From Botryllus schlosseri (lineage: Eukaryota): a stretch of 64,000 nucleotides of DNA. Each line of letters opens with the position of its first letter. Positions within the stretch are counted from its first letter, which is position 1. The stretch lies in assembly GCA_051294905.1 (NCBI GenBank), contig CM119385.1, forward strand, positions 18,476,001 to 18,540,000. The letters are read 5' to 3'. The notes below the pieces were generated by a model. It ran no database searches, was not told the origin of the DNA, and saw only the letters and a list, made by a program, of their open reading frames with translations. A program made the position numbers and the translations under genes. Below, piece after piece: positions 23,001 through 34,283 of this stretch.

Positions 23001-26000
23001 CTTCTCGACGAGCAGATCGACTTCTTCCATACACCAACGCCTCGGCATGTTGCTGACTTTTTACTACGGTACCGGTACACTGTACCAGGTACATTTAACC
23101 ATGGATTCTCAGGCATGGCATTATGATGTCACTGTTAGGTTTCACACTTCCAAATCATCACGAACAGAAGCCACGAGTACGAACAAAACATGTAATAGGT
23201 ATCCCGAAGATAATTATTCTGCTCGGTTGAGCAAGTACCGCACACGAACGCGATCACGAACGCGATTACGAACGCGATCACGAACGCGATCACGAATGAG
23301 CATGTAATAGGGTGGGAAAACTACGGCCCGTGACAACATTTTGTGCGGCCCGCGAAGGCATCGAGAAACGTAATAAAAATATAATGTGAAAAATTATTTC
23401 ATTATAGACGCAAAAGGCCCTTCCTCGAGGCCAACGTATTTTGAAATGTTTCGGTTGCTAAACATCCAAGTTAATCAAAACGCAAATGACTTAGATTGGA
23501 TCACAGTTATGATTCTAGATTAGAACTCTAACTTTCAGTTCTGTATTAAAAAAAAAACGGTCCATGGGTGTTGTGGATTCGTCCTCCATGCGCACTTGCG
23601 CAGTTATAGGTGAAAATCAGTCATAACTCCGGTCTCATTTATAATGAGATGTCCAAATTAATACAGAAAGCAAAAAGTTTTGTTTCTGCAATTTGAAACA
23701 CCATTTGATTCCGACCAGCAGGCACACTTTATGAAATTATGAGGTGCAAAATATATTGACAGAATTAACAAATGTTTGAGACAGCAGTAAATTATGTCGC
23801 GTATATGTCGCCCTCACAAAAGTACGCGAAGAGGCAAGTTTAACACGGTGAGCATTTTACTGAAACGTAGTTAAAGGTGATATACTGACTATTATGACGC
23901 TGTCGGCATTGTGCGTTCTGCAGTTGACCAAACGCAGAATTAGCATATATCTAAAAGCCGATCGCTGCTTTCACATTCATATTTCCATCCTTCAAGAATT
24001 TTCGTCCCTAATTTTGACGATTTCATTGAGGATGGCCACTGATGGCCAGCTCATAAAATCTCGTTAATGTTTCTGACGCATTTGGGTCCATCAACAACTC
24101 AATGTTTAAATTGTTTGTGTGTTGTCTCCGTCTCTTCGATTACTACATGGCTACTATATATTCAAATAAAAGCTTATGACGTGGCTTATTATTCCGATTA
24201 TACTATAATGCGGAACGTGAAGGGATTCAGATGTTGAATGCGGCCCGCGAGCTGAAAAGTTTGCCCACCCCTGCTCTACACTAAGCTTGGCTCGTTTCCC
24301 ACTGTACAGTTCTCTTGTAACATTTTCAGAAAACCAGAAAGTTATTAGAATAAGTATAGAAATTACCGCCATTTCGCTGTCAAGAGTCGAATCAGACAAT
24401 TAGAAATATCTATAGTTGTCCAAACCTCACCGAACGCCTGTTCGCATTATACTAAAAAGGCCGATGTTGAACATTCCAGATCATTTTCGCGCAAGAAATC
24501 CGATTTCACTTATTTGTTGCGTAACAAGCCGTACGTTTTAATCACTCTGGGATCGGCTGTCAACTGCGCTCTAATCTTCGGATTTAACACCTTCGGTGCG
24601 AAGTATATGGAAACGGTTTTTGGGACGACTCCCTTCCAGGCATCCTTAATATACGGTAAGGGGGCTAACGTCAAATTCCAATTGCGAGTTGACGGGTTAG
24701 GAAATCTTTAATCGGACCCATCATTTCCGATGATTCTGCATTTCAGGAGCGTGCGTGGTGATTGCAAGTTTAGCCGGTCAATTGACCGGCGGCTACTTGA
24801 TAAAGCGATTTTCAATGTCGGTGAAGGGGATCATCAAATTCATTATAGCGGGTGGGGCATTTTCGGCCCTTTGCAGCTTTGGATTTTTTATTCACTGCCC
24901 TGATCCGTGTAAGTATTTGGGCAAACGATCTTGATTCGTCGCATAAAGTATATACGTACGATAGTGTATTCTAACCTAAAAGCTCTAGCCTAATTCAGTA
25001 ATCATTATGAATGTGAGCTGTATACTATATTTATCTTCGCCAATCCGTAAATGCTTGCTTGTATTTCGTGAGTTAACTAAGCTTCCGCTGACCATAATTA
25101 TCTCCGTTTGCATGAAGACATCGCAGGAGCCACTGTTCCTTATATAAATACAACGGACACCAGTTTACTATCGCAATGCAACGTGAATTGTGGATGTTCA
25201 CCTGATAAATACCAACCCGTTTGCAGCAATGATGTCATATATTTCTCTCCATGTTACGCCGGCTGCACCAAGCAATACAATGATACAGTCAGTTTTGAAT
25301 TGATGGGAATCATGCCGATAATTTACCATTAGTGTATTCCTTTCAGGTGTACGGCTCTTGTTCCTGTGTGACAGGCGATGGGCTCGCTACATCTATCGGT
25401 TGCAATCGAAACGCTTGTAGCAATCTTTATCCATTCGTGATATCCATATTCTTCTGCTTCTTCTCTTCTATATTGACGATATCTCCATCGCTTCAAATTA
25501 CACTTAGATGCGTCCCGTTCGATAAAAGGATACTGGCTATATCTTTGCAGGTATGCACGTGAGGCTGTGAATGTTTTCCTTAAACGACGTTTATAGCTGT
25601 CTTCGTGAACATAACAGCGCATCTTCATTCTTTCGTTGGGGATCGTGCCTGGTCGGTTGTTAGTCGGTGTTGTGATGGATCTATCATGTGTGTCTTGGGG
25701 AACGCATTGCGGGCAGAAAGGATCTTGTCGCGCGTATAAGCGCTGGGACATAGCGCGGAACAATACCATTCTGTTGGTAGTGCAAACTGTAAGCATGCAA
25801 GAAACTGATGTCTGCTTGCTAGCCAATAGTAAAAGTCCACGTCTGCATAGACGAGGCATCAGCATCCCAGAGAAGTCATGCACGTTGTTTATTATTTATA
25901 CTGTTTCTACGAACATTTTGAACACACGAAATGCGAATATATAGGCCAGGTGCAAAATGACCGCAGACGTCGAAACGGCGTGAATGCTAAACTACAACGA

Positions 26001-26618
26001 CAAATGTGTTCGATGCAGGCGTGCGCCCAGCCGCCCCTTATTGATTCATACACGCTATAGCTTTAGCAAGTCAAATTTTAGAATAATATTTGTCAATGAG
26101 ATATTTCAAGGCATCTGATGCATGTTTCCTTGCAAATCATGTCATCAGAACACGTGATATCGTAGTGCACTGCACTCATAATAAAACGATTTCTGGCATG
26201 ATGCCTTTTATTATCAGCATACATGGCGTTCCGGCATGTTTAAGATGTGGATATATGAGCTCACTGAGCTGTCTACGATATCGCATCTTAAGATATGGCG
26301 ATTTTAAATTCGTATGATTCGTGTTCAGTCATGCGTGAAGCCGTTACCGATTTGGTTATAAACAGTGTTTATTGAACATGAACACATATTGCAAGCGAAT
26401 ATAAACTGCGTGTCGATAGAATATTACCTAAACTTCATTTTCAGGTGATTTGCGCTGTAATATATAGCCTCGTATACGTGACTTACGAACCCACCCGTCG
26501 TAATAATGCTGCTCTGGAACACGTTGACGCAGATGAAGCTCCTCCTGATTCCGTTCAAGGCAACGAGCAGGAAGCAGACAGATCACTGCTTAATTCTTCA
26601 AACGAACATACGGAATAG
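8089..26618 (+). CDS. organic anion transporting polypeptide (OATP/SLCO family), 12 coding exons, about 647 aa
   Basis: Exons 8089-8168, 10301-10414, 10471-10749, 11426-11541, 11689-11779, 11848-12054, 24480-24655, 24747-24908, 25118-25287, 25347-25550, 25618-25788, 26445-26618; all introns GT-AG, phases compatible, 1944 nt. OATP motifs: VVSTLERRFEL, GISYLDENV, LWVGAWW, Kazal-like CNVNCGCSPDKYQPVC...YFSPCYAGC, LGIVPG..CVSWGTHCGQKGSCRAY. Exon 1 and the exon 6-7 join are the least certain; no specific orthologue assigned. Confidence 0.9.
9509..9847. mobile_element. hAT-type MITE, TAGGGTTACCA TIR family
   Basis: TAGGGTTACCATA / TATGGTAACCCTA termini with AAAAGAGGAC subterminal motifs; relatives near 10882, 12113, 13400-13567, 26929, 28044, 28619 and 56229. 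TSD not preserved. Confidence 0.7.
12241..13128. mobile_element. older non-autonomous hAT element
   Basis: TIR CAGTGGTCGGGAAC / GTTCCCGACCACTG; flanks ATATATAG and GTATGCAG match at 5 of 8 positions. Confidence 0.7.
15230..15552 (-). mobile_element. hAT remnant with decayed transposase C-terminus
   Basis: TIR CAGGGGTGGCCAACC ends at 15552; translation LCAKVSSQMISSRVQARSRMSDDTFSHSIL follows the hAT dimerisation-domain pattern C..FS.M......RS.L.D..L. Confidence 0.55.
15743..16208 (+). mobile_element. hAT remnant, inverted partner of 15230-15552
   Basis: Starts with TIR CAGGGGTGGCCAACC; 15990-16208 is a close inverted copy of 15290-15490. Confidence 0.55.
16740..16901 (-). CDS. candidate exon, DUF4806-like domain
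   Basis: TTTCAG acceptor, GTGAGC donor, 162 nt, phase 0-0; IAGFSSVGGDTNGQSVRSIMKKVATTRVWSSYSRVGKSEKEAFNKLALYKII fits the GG....V..IM.......YS..G...K..F..L pattern by eye. Confidence 0.5.
18594..19217 (-). CDS. unidentified 207-codon ORF, probably an exon of a gene nested in SLCO intron 6
   Basis: Long open frame in AT-rich DNA; candidate acceptor (TTAATTAG) just upstream and donor GTAAGA at 18616-18611; the homologous inverted copy aligns codon by codon. Confidence 0.55.
   Translation of the reverse strand: MRREHLVCYRTGVSFTLELCYNIVSSDEIYDPQRAEWIHLLRARKYASISNSAVICVGRLHLYNQNSWMRDDAKCKNYSTYSGHIELYVAKYSDNHGEHSSTLPRRLLASQSKRDFIRLLSTGDTIVRNNVNSDIEGYFRGVPVAGPNFNLYFRNQCDSSFRLRPVKQNFELELPALRLPPTAFDFRNSSTDFFRKSKQMRKSWQNW
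19614..19787. mobile_element. small hAT MITE
   Basis: TIR CAATGTTCCCT / AGGGAACATTG; TSD GCTGCAAC vs GTTGCAAC (7 of 8). Confidence 0.75.
19795..20312 (+). pseudogene. decayed inverted paralogue of the 18594-19217 ORF
   Basis: NIANSNKI*EPSRPEW aligns with NIVSSDEIYDPQRAEW; shared blocks GCCGAGACGCT, TGGCGTCACA and GCCAGCGCTAAGATTA; in-frame stops and frameshifts. Confidence 0.7.
21236..22276 (+). CDS. PIF/Harbinger DDE transposase (HARBI1-like, DDE_Tnp_4)
   Basis: Uninterrupted ORF with N-terminal HTH region and catalytic motifs GCVDGSHIPI, WPGSNHDSFIL, WLLGDSGYPL, IERAFGVLKSRWRIL. First ATG at 21236 (ORF track opens at 21206). Confidence 0.95.
   Translation: MAARYFFVNDRISHVGRGKEREHFDLNEWSENEVITEFRMSKEEIDYLCSLPALRNSMEPLGYRSADLTLQHKVLISLKTLGSGSFQNCSKDFLNVSQPTVSKVLGVFCDSMLSMAPNYIYMPRNNSEVTAAKRCFYQVAGFPGVIGCVDGSHIPIIAPHDDEFAYVNRKRFHSINIQGICDANLLFTDVVAKWPGSNHDSFILQNSRIFGDFERGKFGDSWLLGDSGYPLKNWLMTPIIGGSTEAEKKYNRLHRKTRCLIERAFGVLKSRWRILDHTGGSMCYSPAKAAKITVTCCLLHNICRRNGTPLPNCNPDIIWPWDVQDDVTLTATPTALRKRQKILELL
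22299..23048 (-). CDS. Harbinger accessory Myb/SANT-like DNA-binding protein
   Basis: RRWCMEEVDLLV...WQEITVTIN...VKKKWFDLK is the trihelix Myb/SANT-like pattern; C-terminal coiled coil; convergent with the transposase as typical of Harbinger elements. Confidence 0.9.
   Translation of the reverse strand: MPRRWCMEEVDLLVEKVEESYKFLTGAISNSKTKAMVDERWQEITVTINSTGYGSKLEAEKVKKKWFDLKSLAKKSVAEYKRELVKTGGGENEASVPSELHFRIANFIGAIYTEGIPNTQNCDVAYLASAAATPAPPVNLNSCTSLMPVTPMARKRTTPTDDGRSSSNRVKLSRREQQGEEIVKAELEIKDGINKIHEELRATNTILSNFLLEFKRHNEIISSSMNPQTSQDLAAREELQQPVYYNFGV
23243..23296 (+). repeat. 12-bp tandem repeat (CACGAACGCGAT) x4.5
   Basis: Read directly; lies about 200 bp upstream of the Myb gene. Confidence 0.95.
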
Positions 26619-26939
26619 AACGAATTGTACTGCCACTTCGTTTCTATCGTTCGCGCTCAGGCAAGCGACCAGTGTACCGTACAGCTTTACATTGAAGCAA
26701 ACTACGAGCACCGTATACCGATACCTCAGTCACGAAAATTTGATATTATAAACAATATCTTTCTTCCTATGAGACCCACAAGTCTGCGTCCTAGAAATAT
26801 TGACACGGAATATCGCGAGATTGCGTATGTACCGTACGATGTTGTACTATCTGTACAAAGTATATGCTTTAGCCGCGTTTCTGCGTCGGGTGTTCGCATC
26901 CATTAAATACATTGACTTCGATATTACGTAGGGTTAGCA

Positions 26940-27590
26940 TAGGGTTGCCAATTGCCATACGTCCGGAATTTCCCGGACATGTCCGGAATTTCACTGTTCA
27001 AACTAGCGTCCGGGAGGAATTTCTAAAATATGCCAAATGTCCGGAATTTCCCGGACATGTCCGGAATTTCACTGTTCAAACTAGCGTCCGGGAGGAATTT
27101 CTAAAATATGCCAAATGTCCGGAATTTTGAAGACTTGACGTAGGCTCATGATTTTTTCGTAAATCAGCATGAAAACAATTTTTTTTTTGGAATATTTGTG
27201 CTGATGCATGATATTTTTTTTTCGCGCCGCTCGCGAATTACTATCACATTTATTGATTTTAATATGGAGACTACCACCCTCGCAAAAAACTGCAATAAAT
27301 ATATATAAAAACAACCAGATTCATATAGCAAGCACCCCTCCCCAGAAGTTGCATCGATTACCCTATACTGTGGGCTCAAAATCATTGTTTATTTGGGCGG
27401 GAAGGGGCAGAAAACATGCGCTTTCGGTCCCGGTTAAACAACACACAGCCACAAACTCCTGAACCGGATCGTGACCACCTCTGGTCTATGAGCAAAACTT
27501 TGCTAGTGTGATGTCATAACTCATTTTGAAATCCACTAGTGGGCGCTAAAGAGTTTCCGGAATTTGGGTTGCAGAAACATGGTAACCCTA
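26940..27590. mobile_element. hAT MITE with internal 78-bp tandem duplication
   Basis: TIR TAGGGTTGCCA / TGGTAACCCTA, perfect TSD GGTTAGCA (26932-26939 and 27591-27598); exact 78-bp units start at 26961 and 27039. Confidence 0.9.
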
Positions 27591-28966
27591 GGTTAGCATA
27601 CGTCCTCTTTGTCTTCTTTTTTTACATTTTCGAAAGGGTCCTCGGAGGACGCTCTTTTGTCCTCTTTTTTGAGAAAATTGGTCAAATTTAGGGCCAAACT
27701 CGACTGGGATGCCGTAAATCAGCACCGAAGTAACGCTCTTGATCCCGGCGCGCGAAAGGATCCGATCTGAACGCGATCTGGGAAATCTAGACTCTCTGTT
27801 CCTGACTGCAACAAAGCGATGAGCCGCCCATGCCAAACCTTGCTACGCCGCAGCATCTGAGTACCAGGCACAGTCGCAGTAGAAGCGAAAGCACACGCTA
27901 TCTCTATCTCAGTTCGATCAGGCCGTTGAATCATTTTCAGTTTGCAGTAGGCCTATAGTAACTCCCACAGTCACATCTAGTGAAACAACCAGAAAGAGGT
28001 CGCACAAAAGAAAGAGAGACTTGAGAGTTGGGTTGCATTTATGTAGGGTTACCATACGTCCTCTTTCTTGGCATTTTTCAAAGTGTCCTCGGAGGACGCC
28101 CAAACGTCCTTCTTTTTGAGAATTTGTCCTCTTTTTCAAAAATGTTGGTTATATGTATGTTAAAATTCATCTGAGACATAGGAAATCAGTATCCAAGTAA
28201 CGTTACAGCGGGTCTTTCGGGAGTTGAGCCGGATAGTTGACCTTTTTTAGTCAACCGTAAAAACTCACAAGTCTGGAAATTTTTAAAAATTGTTTCAGAT
28301 TCCCAAAATATGATAACCCATAGAGACCGAGGGGCTCAGAAAACGGATTAGTGCTTCCCCACAAGGTCAAGCCATAGGAGACAGTCTTTCAGCTAGTAAC
28401 GTGTGTCGCTAGCCCCAATGTCTCATTTTTGCTTTTAATAAATATTACTTCTATTGCGGTAACTATACCCAATTTCCCATAGCTCATATATATGTTAGAG
28501 AGCATAGCGTTGTATTGACGTACGGGCCTTTAATACGTGATTGCTCAACTGTGTGGTCCATTTTGTCTCGATATTGAATTCTTGCGGTCTCTACGAAATT
28601 TGAATTGTGGCCCTAGACTAGGGTTACCATATTCTGGAAATCTGAAAAGGAGGACACTTTTTCAAAATTTTCAGTCTTGCAATATTGGACGTCCTCCGAG
28701 GACACTTTCAAAAACTCTGCATATGCATCATACCATGACTGTATGAGATGCATACGCCGTTGCACGGACAAGGGAGGTGTAGATAAGTAGAGGGCGATTA
28801 AATTTTGACAAAAAAAAAACGGAATATTGTTCATCATAAAAATGAAAATTTTGACATTAAAAAACTTTTTCGACAAAATTTTGCATTCCAGTATTTAAAC
28901 TAGGCATTGTTGCAAATGTTGGAGTTAGGGTACTTTTCTACATTTTTGGTTGAAACTGGCTGTACT

Positions 28967-29300
28967 CGTCAGTCGTGGAGCATTTCCAGTGTCCACATAA
29001 AAGTCAAAATACAAGCAATTTCTACCGAATGAATACTAGTCAGCCTTCACCATTTATCGGACCACGACCTGACATATCATCGATCTCTCTTTCAGTCACT
29101 TGCCACCTGATTTTGTCGCTTGTCATGTTATATAATCTTCTTTTACTTTCATTGAGTGTGCAAGCATGCCTCTTCTTTACATCGCCTAGCCCCAGGTGGG
29201 TGCCTGATCTCAAGGACTACTCCAAGTCGTTTCGACAGCTCCGTATCTTTTCATTGTATTGCAGTTTTGTGGTGTTTTGAAATGATGAAAATATTAATAG
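28967..29300 (+). mobile_element. CR1/L2-type LINE 3' fragment
   Basis: Same ORF2 end and 3' UTR as the other copies; boundaries approximate. Confidence 0.7.
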
Positions 29301-29511
29301 ACTGATACTGTCTCCCCTCACGAAGTAGCTTTTCAAGAATAAGAAAGTCGTTCAACAGAAGCAGATGTTTGCTGGCAGCATTGAAGTTCAGCGTATACGG
29401 CAGGAGTGCTAGTATAACACCGCACCTGTTGCTTACCGAAAACGTTGTCAACGTCGCACGTTTTAAACCGCAACATAACTGAGAGTTTTGTGAACATGAA
29501 CATCTCGCGAT

Positions 29512-32500
29512 GGCCCCGTGGATATACTCAGATATCGCAGATATCGCAGATATCACTACTGTGGATATACTCAGATATCGCAGATATCATTGTGGATATA
29601 CTCAGATATCGCAGATATCACCGAAAACCGCAGACATCGAGGTCATATAAAGGTCACGCTTCGTTTAGAGCGCAGATATCACGTCTTAAGCATGTCTAGG
29701 TCGATTGAGTGCGCGATATCAGGTCCGGACCATGCCTGGGGGAATTTTGTGCGCAGATATCAGCTCTGGAGCATGTGCGGATACAAATAGTGCGCAGATA
29801 TCAGGTCTGGACCATACCTGGGCTCTTTTGGTGCGCAGATATCAGCTCTGGAGCATGTCCGAATACAAATAGTGCGCAGATATCAGGTCTGGACCATACT
29901 TGGATTCTTTTGGTGCGCAGATATCAGCTCCGGATCATGTCCGAATACAAATAGTGCGCAGATATCAGGCCTGGACCATATCTGGATTCTTTTGGTGCGC
30001 AGATATCAGCTGCGGAGCATGTCCGAATACAAATAGTGCGCAGATATCAGGTCTGGACCATACCTGGATTCTTTTGGTGCGCAGATATCAGCTCCGGAGC
30101 ATGTCCGAATACAAATAGTGCACAGATATCAGGTCTGGACCATACCTGGGCTCTTTTGGTGCGCAAATATCAGCTCCGGAGCATGTCCGAATACAAATAG
30201 GGTGCAGATATCAGGTCTGGACCATGCCTGAGTTCTTTTGGTGTGCAGATATCAGCTCCAGAGCATGTCCGGATACAAATGGTGCGCATATATCAGCACC
30301 TATATGAGCATTGAACATATAATGCCCTAACCAGTGCGCAGATATCAGGTTTGGCGTCTTTTTCATGCGCAGATGTTAGCTTCGGAGCATGTCCGGATAC
30401 AAATAGAGCGTTGCGACAGTCAACTTAATCGAATACGCAGGTAGGGCTAGTCGACAAACATGGTAAATACTGTTTAAACAGCTAAATGAGAAACTCCGAC
30501 CATCTGCGCTTTGTTCGGCTCACGCATTAGCCCGAAATCCGAGCCGTGTCGGATTCTTCGGGAATTGTGTATATTGGTAGTTAATCCGAGAATTATCAAC
30601 GAAAAACTCAAATAACTCCGCTTCTACTAGTTGCAATTGATTCAAATTTGTTTTGCATCGTCTTTGAAGAAAATTCAACAATTTCGGGGGGTTGACAGGA
30701 AAATTTGAAATTTTTAAAACATTTTTTCTAATAAATTAAAAATTTAAATTGGCTGTGCGGTGGCTTATATACTTGTTAGAATTGAACCAAATTTGGCGTG
30801 CAACGGTTTTTAGGGTAACCTGACAGTTTAATCAGTGAATGGCTGGAATCCGGAAAAAAGTTATTTTTGAACGACACTGTACTCATGACACACAAAACCT
30901 GAAAGTACCTCAGATTTAAACCGCGGTATAAATACAGTAGCCTAGCCTACAACATTTTAATCCAAATTCTGCATGCTCATAGTAACGTAGAATGGTATGC
31001 ACGTATAGGCACGTAGGATTTATGACCGCTATATAATTCTTAGTTAGGTTATGTTTTCTTGTTCCACTCTTCTCCGCCCTTCGGGTGTGAATACACACTC
31101 TTTTCGCAAGGAGTGTGAGGCTATTTGAACATTTATCATGGCAATTATTCTTATAAACGTGATAGAAACATGTGCCAATGCTACTCTCTACTTTACAAAA
31201 TACAAAGTGTAAAAAAGTATTATTATTTCCTTAAAATTTTTTCAAGTAGAATTGGATGTAGTACAAAGATATATAACCACTAGAGCAGGGGTGTGAAACA
31301 TACGACCGGACGATTTTATCCGACCCGCGAAAAAATTTCGATTTGATGGAAAAATGCTTGTATTATCCTGCATATTTCTAACAAATGTTGAGATTTTTAG
31401 TCCGTGAAACTTCTATTAAATAATCCCTCAATGCAGCAAGGGTAAAATATGTGCATAGGCCACATTTTACCTATTATTTTGTGGTTTCACTCTAGCAGTA
31501 TTAGCAAAAATTCGGTGACATTGACACGCAATTCCGGGAAGCCAAAATGGAGAACACTGAGTTCAGAGTTTTATGGAAAAATTGACCTAGAAGAAGCGAA
31601 AACGCCAATGTGAAATCGTTGCATGCATGAATACATGGAGAATATAGTAGTTACAAAAACGTAATTCAAATATCTGCGTTCGCACTACTGTATCACTTCT
31701 GACTGAAAAGGTTCCCGACCACCAGAGGAAAACGAATCGCGATTTAAATGAACCGAATTCCAACGGCCACGTCTACAGTTAAATCTCTTGTATTCCTCCC
31801 AACGCATACGCAGAGTTAACGCCAGATTACGACTGAAACAAGGCGATCATAGAAATATGCTGATATCGTCGTAAGAGCCCCTGTTTTAGCGGTTTGTAAC
31901 TATATTCAACCAGTCAATATTTGTATTTTTGCAAATTCCATTGTTTGTGAATAAACGTCTCGCTTGAATAGAACCCCTAATCCCCTATGTTCTGAAGGTT
32001 TGAATGCGACCCGCGAAACAATTTGAGTTTGACACCCCTGCACTAGAGTAGCCTAAGTGATGCAAGCAGGCAAAATCTGCCAGAGGACTCCAAAATAACT
32101 GTAAGTGGTTTGTTACTGGTCAGCTCTGACCAGTGACCAGGCCTGACCATTTCCATCCAGACATGATGTGGAGTGTATATCGACCAAAGAAATACGCTCA
32201 GGCATGGTCCAAACCTGACATCTGCGCAATATTTGTATCCAGACATACTCCGGGTCTGATATCTGCGTATCGCTTGGCGTCAGACATGCTGCGGACCTGA
32301 TATCTGCAGGATCAATGCAGGAAACAGCGCCAGGTATGGTCTAGACCTGATATCTGCGCACTATTTGTATTCGGACATGCTCCAGAGCTGATATCTGCGC
32401 ACAAAATTCCCCCAGGCATGGTCCGGACCTGATATCTGCGCACCAACAGAATCCAGGTATGGTCCAGACCTGATATCTGCGCACTATTTGTATTCGGACA

Positions 32501-32745
32501 TGCTCCGGAGCTGATATCTGCGCACAAAATTCCCCCAGGCATTGTCCGGACCTGATATCTGCGCACTGAATCGACCTAGACATGCTTAAGACGTGATATC
32601 TGCGCTCTAAACGAAGCGTGACCTTTACATGACCTCGATGTCTGCGGATTTTGGTGATATCTGAGTATATCCACAATGATATCTGCGATATCTGAGTATA
32701 TCCACAGTAGTGATATATGCGATATCTGAGTATATCCACGGGGCC
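29512..32745. mobile_element. 3.2 kb foldback / MULE-like element with long tandem-repeat TIRs
   Basis: Termini GGCCCCGTGGATATACTCAG / CTGAGTATATCCACGGGGCC, perfect 9-bp TSD TCTCGCGAT (29503-29511 and 32746-32754). Arms (about 29512-30410 and 32150-32745) are built of alternating 41-bp units containing GCGCAGATATCAG. Confidence 0.92.
31286..32040. mobile_element. hAT non-autonomous element nested in the foldback
   Basis: TIR CAGGGGTGTGAAAC / GTTTGACACCCCTG, perfect TSD CACTAGAG (31278-31285 and 32041-32048). Confidence 0.9.
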
Positions 32746-33992
32746 TCTCGCGATCCACCCATACGTTGACGACCACTGTGATATAAGAATCGATGTCCAC
32801 TACTCGGTCAAGTTTCAGATTCAAATTCGAGACATCGGTGTGAGCATGGAAAGACTATACGGTCCTATTTAAAATTTTACGAGTTTTTAGGTGTGTTGAT
32901 TTAATTCAAAATGAGTAGACATTGGGTCATAAGCCTGTGAAGTAGGCTACGAGGCGTAAAATGTCAAGACAAGTCCACCGACTGTGCAACCTCCCACGGC
33001 AGCAGCGAAATGCAGTTTGCAATAAATATGACTTTGAAAACAATTTTTTTCACCTAACGTTTATCAGTAGGACGATTTTTTTACCCAAAAAAATCAAAAT
33101 TTTGACATTTTATTACCTTGGAAACTTAATTTTAACCCCGTGTATGCACATTAGGAGTTTTCGCACATGATAGAATTGTACTACTTATCTTCATTTCTGG
33201 TTGGAACTGTATGTCCTTACTTATCTTCATTTTAATTAAATCTGGACTCATGAAGAATTCCAGTAGTTAGCGGAGATGGGGTACCGATGGATCAAGAATT
33301 GCAAAATGATCTCTGGCCCTCAAATCTTCTGCCGAGAATAGAGGATCTTTTGCTGTCTCAACAGTTCGATACAAGCTCTAGCTATCGCGGACATTTACAT
33401 GGATATCCTCCTTTTTAAAAAATATTCGCAAACGTTTAAAATTTGTTGCTCGAACGTGTCATCGGTCCCCACCCGGTGGGTCCAATGGCCCACGACCCTG
33501 AGACCTACGCTCAAAACTAAAATTTTTCAACTTGTTTTGTTGTGTGCTGTATTCTTATCTACAGCATGCCAATGAAGAATGTTTCGTCACCACCTACAAG
33601 AATAAAATAGATTATATCAATTCAATGTTGGGATAAAATCACGTTTCGATTTCCGCCGATACTTACAAAATTAATACCATCTAGCCTACATATTACTGGA
33701 AAATCGGCATTTTTACTTTCAAATACCTCGTAATAGCGATAAAACACCACAGGTAACTATACTATGATTTACAGCCTCTTAGGCGTGTTTCTGTTGTTAA
33801 GTGAATAGTTGGTCCAACTATTTTGCTTGATTTGGCTATGGCATTATAGGTCCCCCACCCTATAAATACTGTAATTGAATTGAAAATAGTCCACTCGAGG
33901 ATGGTACTGATTCAAAAATATGTGCCATTGTATACCATGATACAAGCCGTATAATTCACATCAAAAATTATTGCGGGTTTGTTAGTCTGGAA

Positions 33993-34283
33993 CAGAGGGT
34001 CCCAACCTTTTTCGACCCATCGCCCCCTTTTCAAGGTCAACACCGATCATCGCCCCCAAATTTTGTGTACCGAAAATTGGGCATACAAACTGTAATCACC
34101 GGCGGGTTGACTAAAAAAAAAGGTCAAATTTTCGGCTCGATGTCTAATTTGACACACTTTTGTAACTAAATTTCCGTGGGTTGACTGAATATAAAAAAAG
34201 GTCAGCCGTTTTGACGCGTCATCGCTCCCCTATGTCTATTTTCGCCCCCTAGACCGCCAAATCGCCCACGTTGGGAACCACTG
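33993..34283. mobile_element. hAT MITE (family of 6310-6611)
   Basis: Termini CAGAGGGTCCCAAC / GTTGGGAACCACTG, perfect TSD GTCTGGAA (33985-33992 and 34284-34291). Confidence 0.88.

Noticed and set aside
29251-30118. Many overlapping ORFs (also 32312-32824, 53426-53824, 26912-27130)
   Set aside because: They arise from stop-poor tandem repeats in transposon arms.
29715-30330. Regular repeat array resembling CRISPR
   Set aside because: Units are contiguous alternating 41-mers without unique spacers, there are no cas genes, and the array is part of a TIR in eukaryotic DNA.
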